The notes below the pieces were generated by a model. That model saw only the letters and a list, made by a program, of their open reading frames with translations, had not been told where the DNA came from and did no database searches. A stretch of DNA of 64,000 nucleotides from Paramoeba atlantica (lineage: Eukaryota; Protista; Discosea). Where the stretch lies: assembly GCA_977017575.1 (NCBI GenBank), contig CDRNVI010000187.1, positions 49,704 through 113,703 of the forward strand, in the 5' to 3' direction. A program made the translations under genes and the position numbers. Of the stretch, positions 48,605 to 60,133 are shown piece after piece. Position 1 is the first letter of the stretch; each line of letters opens with the position of its first letter.

Positions 48605-51600
48605 TCTAATTTATTTTAATTGTAAACAAAGGAGAAAAAGAAAGATAAAACATTTTGAATATCTTTAAAGAGGAGCACTTAGAGACTTTACTCTTTAAAG
48701 TACAGAGTTTGCTATGGCAGATTGTTAAAAGAGAGAGAAGAAGAAGAAATATGAAAACCTTGTTGAATAGATCTCATATTTCTCACCATGTTGCCAATGA
48801 GTACAACAGAGAGTCATTGTTGTGTAAATTGCAAGAAGGCTCAATAGAAATCTTGATTTAATATCATACCTTCCTGTAAAACCTTAGAGGCAATGCACTT
48901 CAGAAAGCTTATTATATCTGATGAAACTGCACTGCCTAATAAAGTTAATATAAAAAGAAAGAGAACTTCCACACTTGAAAAGATGAACAATTTAATTTCT
49001 TTAAAGGTCCTCACTTCTTCAAAGATGTTGTTATCTTTTTTTGCATTCAACATTTTTATGTATAAGTGTTTTGATAGATATTCATTCAGCTTTCAGATTC
49101 TCATTATATATGGAATTGCAAGTGAATTCCTAAGGTTGCACATATTTGATGTGTTTGTTGTCATACCTTGAAACTTAAATATTGCATTTTTACCTTGGAC
49201 TGAAGTGACTATAGCATTCAAACACAAGTGTCTCCCACCTTGCCAATGTTTGAAAGTTAAGTTTAGCTTCTTATTGCAATGACCAATGAAAGGGAAATGA
49301 TCTAGAACTATATTAAATTATGCAAGTTTGGATATTTAGAGAAGTTGTTTCACAAAATGATAATGTCTGTCATTCATACCTTGGTTGTATTTCACATAGT
49401 CAAAGAGGTAGAAGGAACTTGGCACAAGTTTGGAGCAGGCCTTGCAAGTGACAGTGCCTTGACTTGAGAGAAACAAGAAGGTGGGATCTGTGATGTTAAA
49501 GCAGCACCAATAAGCAAAGCAATACTCCTCAGCATCCAAAAAATCTAGTCTATTGTAGTGAATATCTTCTCCCTCAGAATTTGGGTCAGCTATCATCTAC
49601 ACATGAGAAATTGGGCCAGCTTCATTCTCTCAGAGCACAGCTTGCAGTAGAATAAAGTTATTATTTTGAATTATCTTTTTTCTGTTTTCTTGAAACTGAT
49701 AGCTAGTGAGCTTCTTTTGATACTTGAGAGCTGCTAAATAGTTGGATTCTAGGAATAGATTGGTGAGCCTAGTGAGGAGTTGGTGAAAGGATAGGTTTTT
49801 TGTTTCTACAATCTTCCACTCAGTGTTAAGTTTGGTTTTAAACTTAACATATACATTGGAGATTGCTTGTTTCTCAAGGAAATCATTTTTTTTTTTTCAA
49901 TAAAAGAGATTTTTATTTAAAATAGATGATTGTAAGAGAAAGGAATAGAAAGAAAAAAAGAGAGAAAAAGAGAAAGAGAAAAAGAGAAAAAGAGAAGAAA
50001 AGAGAGAAGAGAAAAAGAAAGAGAGGATAGAAGAGAGAAAGAAAAAGAAAAAAAAAGAAAAAGAATTAAATTGTTACCTCCTTTGGAATGAAGAGGAGTG
50101 TTGTGTATTGTGCACAGAATTATTGAAATGAAAACTGAATCTTTTTGAAGATTAGAAAGATATTTCACAAATCCTAGGAATAAAATGAAAAAGAGAATTT
50201 AAGTGAGAAAAAAAGAAAAAGAAAGAAAAAAAAGAAAGGGAAAAAGAGAGAGCATTGGAGAGAAAAAGGAGAAGAAAAGAAAAGAAGAGAGAAAAAAAGA
50301 GAAAGAAAAAGAAAAAAAGAAAAAAGAAAAAAAAGAAAAAAAAGAAAAACCAATAATCAATCAATGTGAAGAAAACACACACATACACAGAGAGAGAGAG
50401 AGAGAGAGAAAAAGAACATCAAATTCAAGGTGGGTAAGGAAGGATTAATGATTCACTTAAATAAAAAGTATTTAAAAAAAAAAAGAAAAAAGAAAAAAGA
50501 GAGGAGAGGGAGAGAGGGAGAGAGGAGAAAGAAGAGGAAGAGGAAAGGAAGAGAAGAAAGAAAGAGAGAAAAAAAGAACCAGAAGAGTCACTTCTCTACC
50601 AAAAACAATCCCCACCTTAGTTAACATTCTCTTTGTTACATACACATCTGGAGAAAAAGAAAAGAGAGAGAAGAGATTAGGGGAGAGGAGAGAAAGGGGA
50701 AAAAAGAGAAAAGAAGATGAGAAAAATAATTCCTTGAAAAGAAAGAAAAGAGAAGAGAGAGAGAGAAGAGAAAAGAAGAGAAGAGAAGAGAAAAGATAAG
50801 AAGAAAAAGAGAAGAGAAATAGAGAGAATAGAAAAGAGAAGAGAAGAGAAGAGGAGAGGAAAGACTTTGTAAATACTAAATAATTTTAATTCATTTGAGA
50901 TTTGAACAACCCATATTTCCTCTGTACCATATAAGTCTAATAAGAATGAAAGAGAAGAGAAAAAAGAGAAAAGAGAAAAAAGAAGAAAAAGAAAAAAAAG
51001 AGAAAATTTGTTAATTTAAACATACACACTCAAGAAAATAAAAAATCAAGAGAGGGAGAGAAAGAGAAAAGAGAAGAAAAAAGAAGAAAGAAGAAAGAAG
51101 AAAGAAGAAAAAAGAAAGAAGAAAGAGAAAGAAAAAAGAAAAAAGAGAAAGAGAGAGAGAAAGAGAAAAGACCTTCATAAATATTGCATTTCAGAATTAT
51201 AAACACATTCATACTTCTTGCAAGAGGCACCAAAAAAGATTGATTTCCAAATTCAAATCTGAGAGAGAGAGAGAGAAAGAAGAATAAAAGAAAAAGAGAA
51301 GAAAGAAAGAAAGGGAGAAAGAAAGAGAAAGAAAAAAGGGAGAAAAGAAAAAGAAAGAAAAAGAAAGAAAGAAAAGAAAGAAAAAAGAGAGAAGGAGGAA
51401 GAGGAGAAGAGGAAAGTGAGAGAAGAGAGAGAGAAGAGAGAAGAAGAGAGAGAAGAGAGAGAAGAGAAAGAAGAAAAGAGAAAAGAGAAAAAAGAGAGAG
51501 AAGAGAGAAGAAGAAAAGAACTAGGATTATTTTTGGTGAAGAAAGAGAAAGAAAAAGAAAGAGAAAGAGAGAAGAGAGAGAGAAAAAAGAAAAAACCAGA

Positions 51601-54591
51601 AAAAAAAAGAACAAGAATAGAGTCCAATTTAAAAGTAAGGAGTAATGAATCAAACAAAGATTTAAAAGAAAAGAAATTGAAAGAAGAGAAAATAAAAAAA
51701 AAATAAGAAAAAACTGAAGAAAACATATTTCTTTTTGTCCAGTGGGACAAAAAAATATTAAAAAACAAAAATAAAAAAAAAAATAAAACTAAGAAAAAAG
51801 GAAAAGAGAGGAGAGGAGAGGAGAGGGGAGGAGAGGAGAGGAGAGGAGAAGAGAGGAGAGGAGAGAAGAAAAAAAAAACAGAGAAAGAAAAGAGAGAAAA
51901 AAAACCTTTTAATTTTTCAGAAATATATTTTTCTCAGTTTTATGTGCATGAAAGAAAGAAAGAGAGAGAGAAAAAGAAAAATAAGAATAGAAAAAGAAAA
52001 AAAAGAAAAGAAAAAAACCTTTTCTCTATGGAGAGAAGGAAATTAAATTATTGAATCATTTCATCAGTTTCATTTTCTATTTTATCAAATAAAATATTTT
52101 AAAGAATGAAGAGTAGAAAAAGAAGAGAAGAGAAGAGAAAAGAAAGAGAGAGAGAGAGAGAAGAGAAAATGAAAAAAGAGAAAAGAACAAAGAATAAAAA
52201 AAGAAAATGAAAAGAAAAAAAAAGAGAAAAAGAAAAAAGAAGAGAAAAAAGAAGGGAAAGAGAGAGGGGAAGAGAAAGGAAAAGAGGAAAGAAGTGAGAA
52301 GACAAGAGAGAAAGAAGAGAAGAGAAGAGAGAAGGAAGAGAAAGAAGAAAAGGAAGAGAAGGAAGAGAAGAGAGAAGAGAGAAGGAGAAAGAGAGAAGGA
52401 GAAGAGAAGAGAAGCTTCTTTTTGATAAAAAACATATCTGGTACACCAACACCAATCACCCTGAAAAGAAAGACAAGAAGAGAAGAAGAGAAGAAAAGAA
52501 GAGAAGAAGAGAAGAAGAAAAGAAGAGAAGAAGAGAAGAAAAAAAGAGATAAAAAAAGAGGAAGAGAAAAGAGAAAAGAAGAGAAATGAGAAAAGAAATG
52601 AGAAAAGAAATGAAAAAAGAAAAATGAAAAAAGAGAAAGAGAAGAGAAAGAGATTTTCTCTTTCTCTTCTTTTTCTCTTTCTCTTCCTTTTCAATATTTT
52701 TGAAAACTCTTTTTCTCTTTTTCTCTCTCTCTTTTTCTCTCTTTCTTTCTTTTTCTTTCTTTCCCTTTTCTTCTTTTTCTCTCCTTTCTCTCTTCTTCTT
52801 TCAAACCTGGTAACAATTTGAATCATCAAAGCAAATAATCCCACCAAAAAAGAGAAAAAGAAAGATGATGAGAGAGAAAAAGCAATCCTTCAAAAAGAAT
52901 TGAGCAAATGATTTTGTTCATTATCTTTGAAACATTATTCTTTTCTGTTGAGAGAAAGAAAAAAAAAAAAAAAGAAGAGAGAAAGAGAGAAAAAGAGAAG
53001 AGAGAAAGAGAAAAAGAAAAAAAGAGAGAAAGAAAGAAAGAGAAAAAGAGAAGAAAAAGTTTTAAAACCTTGTTTGAACACTATAATAATATCTTTCTCC
53101 TCTGATATTTTTCAGAATCTGTTTTATTTTTTTGTCATTGATTGAAAGAAAATAAGAGAAAGAAAAAAAAAAGAAAAGAAGAGAAAAGAAGAAAAGAAGA
53201 GAAGAAGAGAAGAGAAAAGAGAAAAGAAAAGAAAAGAGAAGAGAAGAGAGAAGAGAAGGAAAGAAGGAGAGAAGAGAAGAGAAGAGAAGAGAGAAAAGAG
53301 AGAGAAAAGAAAACCATTGCTTTTTTAACTTGAAAAGACCAATCCTTATGCTCCAAAATATAAGATAAGGGTTTCAGGTGGTTTATACACATTCTATAAG
53401 AAAATTATTATTATTTATTTATTATTTTAGAAAAAGAAGAGAAAGAAGAAAGAGGAAGAAGAGAAGAGAAAGAGGAGAGAAAGAGGAGAAAGAAAGAGAA
53501 GAGGGGAAAAGAAAAAAAGAACCAAGAGAGTCATTTCTCCACCAAAAACAATTCCCACCTCAGTTAACACTCTCTTTGTTGCATACACATCTGGAGAAAA
53601 AGAAAAGAGAGAGAAGAGATTAGGGAGGAGAGGAGAGAAAGAGAAAAAAAGAAAAAGAGGATGAGAAAAATAATTCCTTGAAAAGAAAAAAGAGAAAAGA
53701 GAGAGAGAAGAGAGAGAGAGAGAAGAGAAGAGAAGAGAAGAGAAGAAAAAGAGAGGAGAGAGGGAGAGAGGAGAGGAGAGGAGAAGAAAAGGGAAGAAAA
53801 GAGAAGAGAAATCTTAACCCTTTTGATATTACCAGTAACATTTATTTACAAATAAGAACTTTTCTCATGTGTGCATACATGCTTTCTGAGAAAGGAAGAA
53901 GAAGAAAAAGAGAAAAGAAGAAGAGAGAAGAAGAAAAAGGATATTTTAGTCAATCAAAAGGGAAAAAAAACAGAGAAAAAAAAAGAAAAAGAAAAAGAAA
54001 AAGAGGAAAAACTTTGGAAACAATTAATTTTAATTCATTTGAGATTTGAACCACCCAAAAATATTCCTCTGTACCAAAGAAGATTAATAAGAATGAAAGA
54101 GAAGAGAGAGAAAAGAGAAAAGAGAAAAGAGAAGAAAAAGAAAGAGAAGAGAAAACTTATTCATTTAAACACATACACACTCAAGGAAATATATGTATTT
54201 TAGAGAGAAAGAGAGAGAGAGAGAGGAAAGAAAAAAAATTGAGAAAAACCTCAAAGGAGAGGAGGGGTGATGAAAAAAAGGAGGTGAACACTCTTGAATG
54301 TTCAATTAGAGAGGAATTTTCTTTTTTTTGTGTTTTCCTGTGTATTGAGAAGAAAGAAAATGAGAGGAGAAAGCAGAGAAAAGAAAAGAAAAAGAAAAGA
54401 GAGAAGAAGAAAGAGAAACCAGAAACAAGAACAGAAAGCAGAGAAAGCTCAGAGAAAATCAAAAAGAAAGCAGGTGAGAAAAATTGGAGAAGCATTTCAC
54501 AACATCTCACAACATTTAATAATAAATACACATCAATCAGTATAAAAAGAACTTTTAATTTTTGTTTGTTCTATATTTTGAAAAGAAAGAA
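48477..54591. repeat. Subtelomeric segmental duplication, copy 2, capped by the telomere
   Basis: Collinear with 30974-36823; lacks ~32930-33810 of copy 1 and has extra sequence at ~52400-53300 and ~54435-54520. Confidence 0.93.
48561..49870 (-). mobile_element. CRE-like non-LTR retrotransposon 3' fragment, copy 2
   Basis: Homologous to 31052-32300 (FLDAEEYCFAYWCCFN...CKACSKLVPSSFYLFDY...NDRHYHF); T run 48561-48599. Confidence 0.65.
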
Positions 54592-54944
54592 GGGTTTAGG
54601 GTTTAGGGTTTAGGGTTTAGGGTTTAGGGTTTAGGGTTTAGGGTTTAGGGTTTAGGGTTTAGGGTTTAGGGTTTAGGGTTTAGGGTTTAGGGTTTAGGGT
54701 TTAGGGTTTAGGGTTTAGGGTTTAGGGTTTAGGGTTTAGGGTTTAGGGTTTAGGGTTTAGGGTTTAGGGTTTAGGGTTTAGGGTTTAGGGTTTAGGGTTT
54801 AGGGTTTAGGGTTTAGGGTTTAGGGTTTAGGGTTTAGGGTTTAGGGTTTAGGGTTTAGGGTTTAGGGTTTAGGGTTTAGGGTTTAGGGTTTAGGGTTTAG
54901 GGTTTAGGGTTTAGGGTTTAGGGTTTAGGGTTTAGGGTTTAGGG
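54592..54944 (+). repeat. Telomere array (TTTAGGG)x50, G-rich strand pointing right (chromosome end)
   Basis: Perfect heptamers from 54595 to 54944 (350 bp), then one degenerate TTTAGTG TTTAC. Confidence 0.98.
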
Positions 54945-54956
54945 TTTAGTGTTTAC

Positions 54957-56546
54957 TTTGGCCTGCATCAATGCTTTTACCAAAATCTCATAGGATAAAC
55001 CTTTGACCTTGATGTCCATCTGACATGCAGTGATACCATCCGCGGTACCAGTAACTTTGAAGTCCATATCACCCAAATGATCTTCGTCTCCCAAAATATC
55101 GGAGAGAACGGCATATTTACCAGAATCTGCATCAGAAATTAATCCCATGGCAATACCTGAAACTGGTTTTTTCAGTTGAACACCGGCGTCCATTAATGCC
55201 ATAGTACCCGAACAAACTGTCGCCATTGATGAGGAACCATTGGATTCCAATACTTCAGATACGACTCTTACCGTATAAGGGCAATCTTCAGGAATCATTC
55301 CCTTCAATGCACGTTGAGCCAAGTTTCCGTGACCTACTTCCCTTCTGGAAGTACCACGAATTGGTCTTGCTTCTCCTGTTGAAAAAGGAGGGAAGTTGTA
55401 ATGCAGGTAAAAAGTTTCTTCACCTTCGAAAGATGGCATATCAATCTGATTTGCTTCTCTTGAAGTTCCTAAAGTAACAGTGGCCAAAGCTTGAGTTTCA
55501 CCCCTAGTAAAGATTGAGGAACCATGAACAGATGGCAAATAATCAATTTCACACCAAATAGGTCTGATTTCATCCGTTTTTCTACCATCCAAACGAAGAC
55601 CTTCTTCTAAAGTAAGGTTACGTACTGCTTCTTTTTCCGCCTTATAGAAGTATTTTGACACTAAATCGCCAAAATCCTCCAATTCTTCTTCAGAAAATGT
55701 TGCTTTTATTTCTTCTTTGATCGCATCGAAAGCAGCACTACGTTCATGCTTTGCAGAACCTGCCTTAGCAACGGCATAAACCTTGTCATAAGTAAAGTCA
55801 TGTACTTTTTTGGCTAAATCCTCATCTTCTCTTTCAGACTCGTACTCACGTACTTCTTTCTTTCCGAAAGCTTCAGCTAATTTTATTTGAGCGGCACATT
55901 GAACTTTAATAGCTTCGTGTGCAAACTTGATAGCCTCTGTCATTTCCTCTTCGGAAATCTCTTTCATCTCACCTTCAACCATCATTACAGAATCAGCAGA
56001 AGCACCAATCATCATATCAATGTCGGATTCTTTTAACTGCGCTCGGGTTGGGTTAATGATAAACTCTCCATTAACACGGCCAACTCTTGCTTCTGAGATA
56101 GCACATTCAAATGGAAAATCTGAAAGCTGAATGGCAGCTGAAGCGGCTAATCCAGCCATTGCATCTGGCATCACCTCATCATCATGAGACATCAGCTGAA
56201 TCATTACTTGAGTTTCAGCATGATAATCTTTAGGAAATAAAGGTCGTAATACTCTATCCACCAAACGCATGGTCAATACTTCACCATCGCTTGGTCTGGC
56301 TTCACGTTTGAAAAATCCACCAGGGTAACGCCCAGCAGCTGCGAATTTTTCACGATAATCCACCGTAAGTGGTAAAAAATCAACATCGCTTTGTTTGTAG
56401 TTGGAGACAACGGTACATAACAACATACATTTGCCTGATTGGACAACAACAGAGCCATGTGCCTGTTTTGCCAATTTTCCGGTTTCAATAGAAATCTCTC
56501 TACCGTCACCAAGGTCAATGACCTCTTTAAAAGTTTTTGGAATCAT
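54957..56546 (-). CDS. pnp: Polyribonucleotide nucleotidyltransferase (PNPase), Bacteroidota type, 3'-truncated at the telomere junction
   Basis: [46 protein letters not shown] and [10 protein letters not shown] motifs; ends ...KALMQAK, with VNTKP* read from the junction and telomere bases; no KH or S1 domains. Confidence 0.97.
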
Positions 56547-56733
56547 AAATAATATCTTACCCGTTTAAATTGATACGGGTCGTTAAACATTTGGTCTACC
56601 GCCATCCGGACGGTCGGGTTGTGTTGTTGTTGTGTGTGCCTAAGGCACTGACCAATGAAAAACTATAGGTAGCTTTTTGTGTTGCCCTTAACTTATAGGG
56701 TCTTTTGTGCTGAAACCAGTTCAGTAAAAAATA

Positions 56734-56757
56734 AAGGGGAAGCCAAGACCTCCCCTT
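56734..56757 (-). terminator. Intrinsic terminator after rpsO
   Basis: AAGGGGA...TCCCCTT stem with a T-rich tail on the minus strand. Confidence 0.65.
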
Positions 56758-56763
56758 CAATTT

Positions 56764-57033
56764 TTATTTTCTAATACCTAGCTCCTTAATTAGGATACGG
56801 TATTTTTCAATATCTTTTTTCTTTAGGTAATCCAAAAGACTCCGTCTTTTACCTACCAATTTTACCAAAGAACGCTCAGTATTATAATCCTTGTGGTTCT
56901 TTTTTAGGTGTTGTGTTAGATGGTTGATACGGTGTGTGAACAAGGCTACTTGCCCTTCCGTAGAACCTGTGTTGCTCTCAGAGCCGCCGTGCTTCTTAAA
57001 AAGTTCGGCCTTTGCTTCTTTTGTTAAATACAT
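56764..57033 (-). CDS. rpsO: 30S ribosomal protein S15
   Basis: 89 aa; TGSTEGQVALFTHRINHLTQHLKKNHKD...LVGKRRSLLDYL...LGIRK. Confidence 0.98.
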   Translation of the reverse strand: MYLTKEAKAELFKKHGGSESNTGSTEGQVALFTHRINHLTQHLKKNHKDYNTERSLVKLVGKRRSLLDYLKKKDIEKYRILIKELGIRK

Positions 57034-57087
57034 TCCAATATTTAGTTAAATGATTTTTATGTATGCGATTGTCTTTCAATCAGCGTG

Positions 57088-57095
57088 CAAAGATA
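57088..57095 (-). promoter_or_regulatory. Bacteroidota -7 promoter element for rpsO
   Basis: TATCTTTG on the minus strand matches TAnnTTTG, ~55 bp upstream of the start codon. Confidence 0.75.
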
Positions 57096-57185
57096 ACTCT
57101 TTTTTTGGAACGTAAAATTTTAACACAAGATTAAACCTTTTGTTTTTTGGGAGGTCATAGGAGCAAACCTTTAAATACAATCATT

Positions 57186-58073
57186 ATGAAAAAGAGTCTC
57201 AAACAAATGAACTTTACAAGATTTGCCCCACTATTTCTTGGTTCTATGCTATTACTGGTAACCTCCTGTTCCGATGGGGATGAATCCAACGAAGAATTGG
57301 TGGACACAAGTACAGAGGTAATCTCATCCACGGAATTGCAATACAGTGATGAATCTGAAATGATTTCTGAAGAGGTCACAACAATTGCCGAAGATGTCTA
57401 TGCTACAGACGAAATTTCCTTGACCTCCAAGTCGGACTATACCTCTGATCATTTGCCAGATTGTGTAACCATTACCACAGTGGTAACGGATACAACCCGG
57501 GAAAAGACCATTGATTTTGGAGAAGGCTGCGAGCTGCCCAATGGAAATGTACTATCTGGGATTATTCAATTGAGTTACGCCAAGGATATGGAAGCTGCTT
57601 CCAAGTCTATTGCATTGACTTTGGAAAATTTCACATTTAACGGTGTAGCGGTTGAGGGTGGTGTGGATATTTTGCGCGTACGCTCCAACGAAAATGGCAA
57701 TCCACAGAGTACAGCCAATGCCTCTTTCAGCGCTACTTGGCCAGAAGGGGATACAGCTTCCTTTGAAGGTACCCGTACTCGTGAATGGATTGAGGGTTAC
57801 GGCTCTGGTTTTTGGGGAGACAACGTTTTCCTCATTACGGGTAAGCGTACCTATATAGGCCGTGAAGGGAATGTTTTTGTGAAAGAAGTGATTACCGCAT
57901 TGCGTAGAGAAATGGCCTGTAGGTTTATTGTAAGTGGTATATTGGAAATTTCAAGAAACGAAAACACCGCCAGTTTGGATTTTGGTGACGGTACTTGCGA
58001 TGCCAAGGGTGTTTTAACGCAACCTGATGGTACAGAAGTTGAAATTTTCTTAAGACGTTTTTGGAAGAAGTAG
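57186..58073 (+). CDS. Uncharacterised Flavobacteriaceae lipoprotein
   Basis: Signal peptide and lipobox LLLVTSC; beta-rich body (TIDFGEGC...LDFGDGTCD). Confidence 0.85.
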   Translation: MKKSLKQMNFTRFAPLFLGSMLLLVTSCSDGDESNEELVDTSTEVISSTELQYSDESEMISEEVTTIAEDVYATDEISLTSKSDYTSDHLPDCVTITTVVTDTTREKTIDFGEGCELPNGNVLSGIIQLSYAKDMEAASKSIALTLENFTFNGVAVEGGVDILRVRSNENGNPQSTANASFSATWPEGDTASFEGTRTREWIEGYGSGFWGDNVFLITGKRTYIGREGNVFVKEVITALRREMACRFIVSGILEISRNENTASLDFGDGTCDAKGVLTQPDGTEVEIFLRRFWKK

Positions 58074-58086
58074 AATTTGAAAAAAG

Positions 58087-58112
58087 AAAAGCCCCGACAA
58101 TTCGGGGCTTTT
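58087..58112. terminator. Bidirectional intrinsic terminator between convergent genes
   Basis: AAAAGCCCCGA-CAAT-TCGGGGCTTTT flanked by A and T runs. Confidence 0.88.
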
Positions 58113-58114
58113 TT

Positions 58115-58975
58115 TTATGCTCTGATGGGCTGATTGGTAATCAAGTCGATATACAAATTGATTTTCCTTTTCAACTCCTTTCTGTGCGAAATAAAGTCTA
58201 AAAAGCCATGCTCTTTCAAAAATTCCGAGGTTTGGAATCCTTCGGGGAGGTCTTTCCCAACGGTATCCTTAACAATTCTGGGTCCGGCAAAGCCGATTAA
58301 TGCACCTGGTTCGGCAATATTGATATCCCCCAACATGGCATAGGAGGCAGTTGTTCCTCCAGTGGTTGGGTCTGTACATAATGAGATGTAAGGAATCTTG
58401 GCTTCGGCTAATTGGGCCAATTTGGCTGATGTTTTGGCCAATTGCATTAAGGATAGGGCAGCTTCCATCATTCGTGCACCTCCAGATTTGGAGATCATCA
58501 CAAAAGGAACCTTCTTCTTCTTAGCCACATCAATGGCCCTTGAGATTTTTTCGCCTACCACACTTCCCATAGACCCGCCAATAAAACCAAAGTCCATACA
58601 GGCAATAACCAATTCGTTGCCCATGGATTTGCCCACAGCAGTACGCACGGCATCCTTAAGACCTGTTTTTTGTTGTGCTACCTTAAGTCTTTCCGAGTAC
58701 TTTTTGGTGTCTACAAATTTCAAAGGATCCTTGGCGGACAATTTTTCATCCAATTCCTTGAACTTGTTGTCGTCAAAAAGGATTTCAAAATACTCCTTGC
58801 TTCCAATTCTTACATGATAATCATCCTCTGGACTAACGTAAAAGTTCTTGGCCAAATCCTCCGATTCCACAATTTTACCTGTAGGGGATTTATACCATAA
58901 ACCTTTTGGGGTGTCCTTTTTTTCCTCAGTAGCGGTTTGAATTCCTTTTTCCTTTCTCTTAAACCAAGACGACAT
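58115..58975 (-). CDS. accD: Acetyl-CoA carboxylase carboxyltransferase beta subunit
   Basis: [53 protein letters not shown] and [12 protein letters not shown]. Confidence 0.97.
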   Translation of the reverse strand: MSSWFKRKEKGIQTATEEKKDTPKGLWYKSPTGKIVESEDLAKNFYVSPEDDYHVRIGSKEYFEILFDDNKFKELDEKLSAKDPLKFVDTKKYSERLKVAQQKTGLKDAVRTAVGKSMGNELVIACMDFGFIGGSMGSVVGEKISRAIDVAKKKKVPFVMISKSGGARMMEAALSLMQLAKTSAKLAQLAEAKIPYISLCTDPTTGGTTASYAMLGDINIAEPGALIGFAGPRIVKDTVGKDLPEGFQTSEFLKEHGFLDFISHRKELKRKINLYIDLITNQPIRA

Positions 58976-59012
58976 GCAATCAATTTTAAATTAAACGGCT
59001 ATTTTAAAAACG

Positions 59013-60079
59013 TTATAGTGTATTAACGTTATTAAGATCTTCAAAAGCTTTCTTCAATCGCTCAACAAAAGCATTTTCTCCACCACGAAGCCAAACTCTG
59101 GGATCATAGAATTTTTTGTTGGGTTGGTCTGCTCCATCTGGGTTTCCAATCTGTGCTTGAAGATATCCAGATTTGTCCTGTACATAATCCCTAACACCTG
59201 ATAAAAAGGCATATTGCAGGTCAGTATCAATATTCATTTTTATAACACCATAACCAATGGCTTCTCTAATTTCTTCAACAGATGAACCTGAACCACCATG
59301 GAATACAAAATCGATATGATTGTGCTCTACTCCATATTTTTCTGAAACGAACTCTTGGGAATTCTTCAAGATTTTGGAGTCAATGTAACATTTCCAGGTT
59401 TATATACTCCATGTACATTACCAAAAGCAGCTGCAATGGTAAATTTTGGACTCACTTTAGATAATTCTTCATAGGCATAGGCTACCTCTTCTGGTTGGGT
59501 GTATAATTTGGAACTGTCAATATCTGTATTATCAACCCCATCTTCTTCACCACCGGTTACGCCAAGTTCAATTTCCAAGGTCATATCCATTTTGCTCATG
59601 CGCTCCAAATAGTTCTTGCAAATATCAATATTCTCTTCAAGCGGTTCTTCGGATAAATCAATCATATGCGAGCTAAATAGCGCTTTTCCAGTGGCTGCAT
59701 AATGCTCCTCACTAGCTTCTAAAAGCCCATCAATCCAGGGTAATAACTTTTTTGCACAGTGGTCTGTGTGCAATATCACGGTAGCTCCATAAGCCTCAGC
59801 CAATTGGTGTACATGCTTAGCACCGGCAACTGCTCCTAAAATCGCAGCTTTTTGATTATCGTTGGACAATCCTTTTCCTGCATTGAATTGAGCGCCTCCG
59901 TTGGAAAATTGAACAATCACTGGTGAGTTCAATTCGGCGGCAGTTTCCAATACCGCATTTATGGTGTTTGATCCAATTACATTTACTGCTGGTAAGGCAT
60001 AACCTTTTTCTTTGGCATGGTTGAAAATGGCTTGTACTTCATCGCCTGTGGCAACTCCCGGCTTAATATTGTGGGACAT
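59013..60079 (-). CDS. fbaA: Class II fructose-bisphosphate aldolase, split by a 1-nt homopolymer frameshift at ~59372
   Basis: ILHTDHCAKKLLPW, GVTGGEEDG, FGNVHGVYKPGNV and VFHGGSGS...NIDTDLQ; adding one A in CCAAAATCTTG restores TPKILKNSQ. Confidence 0.95.
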
Positions 60080-60111
60080 AATTTTAGTTAGTTATGGGTT
60101 AAATCAGGGAA

Positions 60112-60119
60112 CAAAAGTA
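60112..60119 (-). promoter_or_regulatory. Bacteroidota -7 promoter element for fbaA
   Basis: TACTTTTG on the minus strand, ~33 bp upstream of the ATG. Confidence 0.65.
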
Positions 60120-60133
60120 ATAAAATATTTAGT

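Noticed and set aside
800-54500. Hundreds of Phe/Leu/Ser-rich or Lys/Arg/Glu-rich ORFs in the supplied track
   Set aside because: They are translations of T/C-rich introns and GA-rich low-complexity DNA, with no domain content.
54939-54956. PNPase C-terminus VNTKP* as a natural short variant
   Set aside because: These codons are read from the junction and telomere bases (reverse complement of TTAGGGTTTAGTGTTTAC); the gene is truncated.
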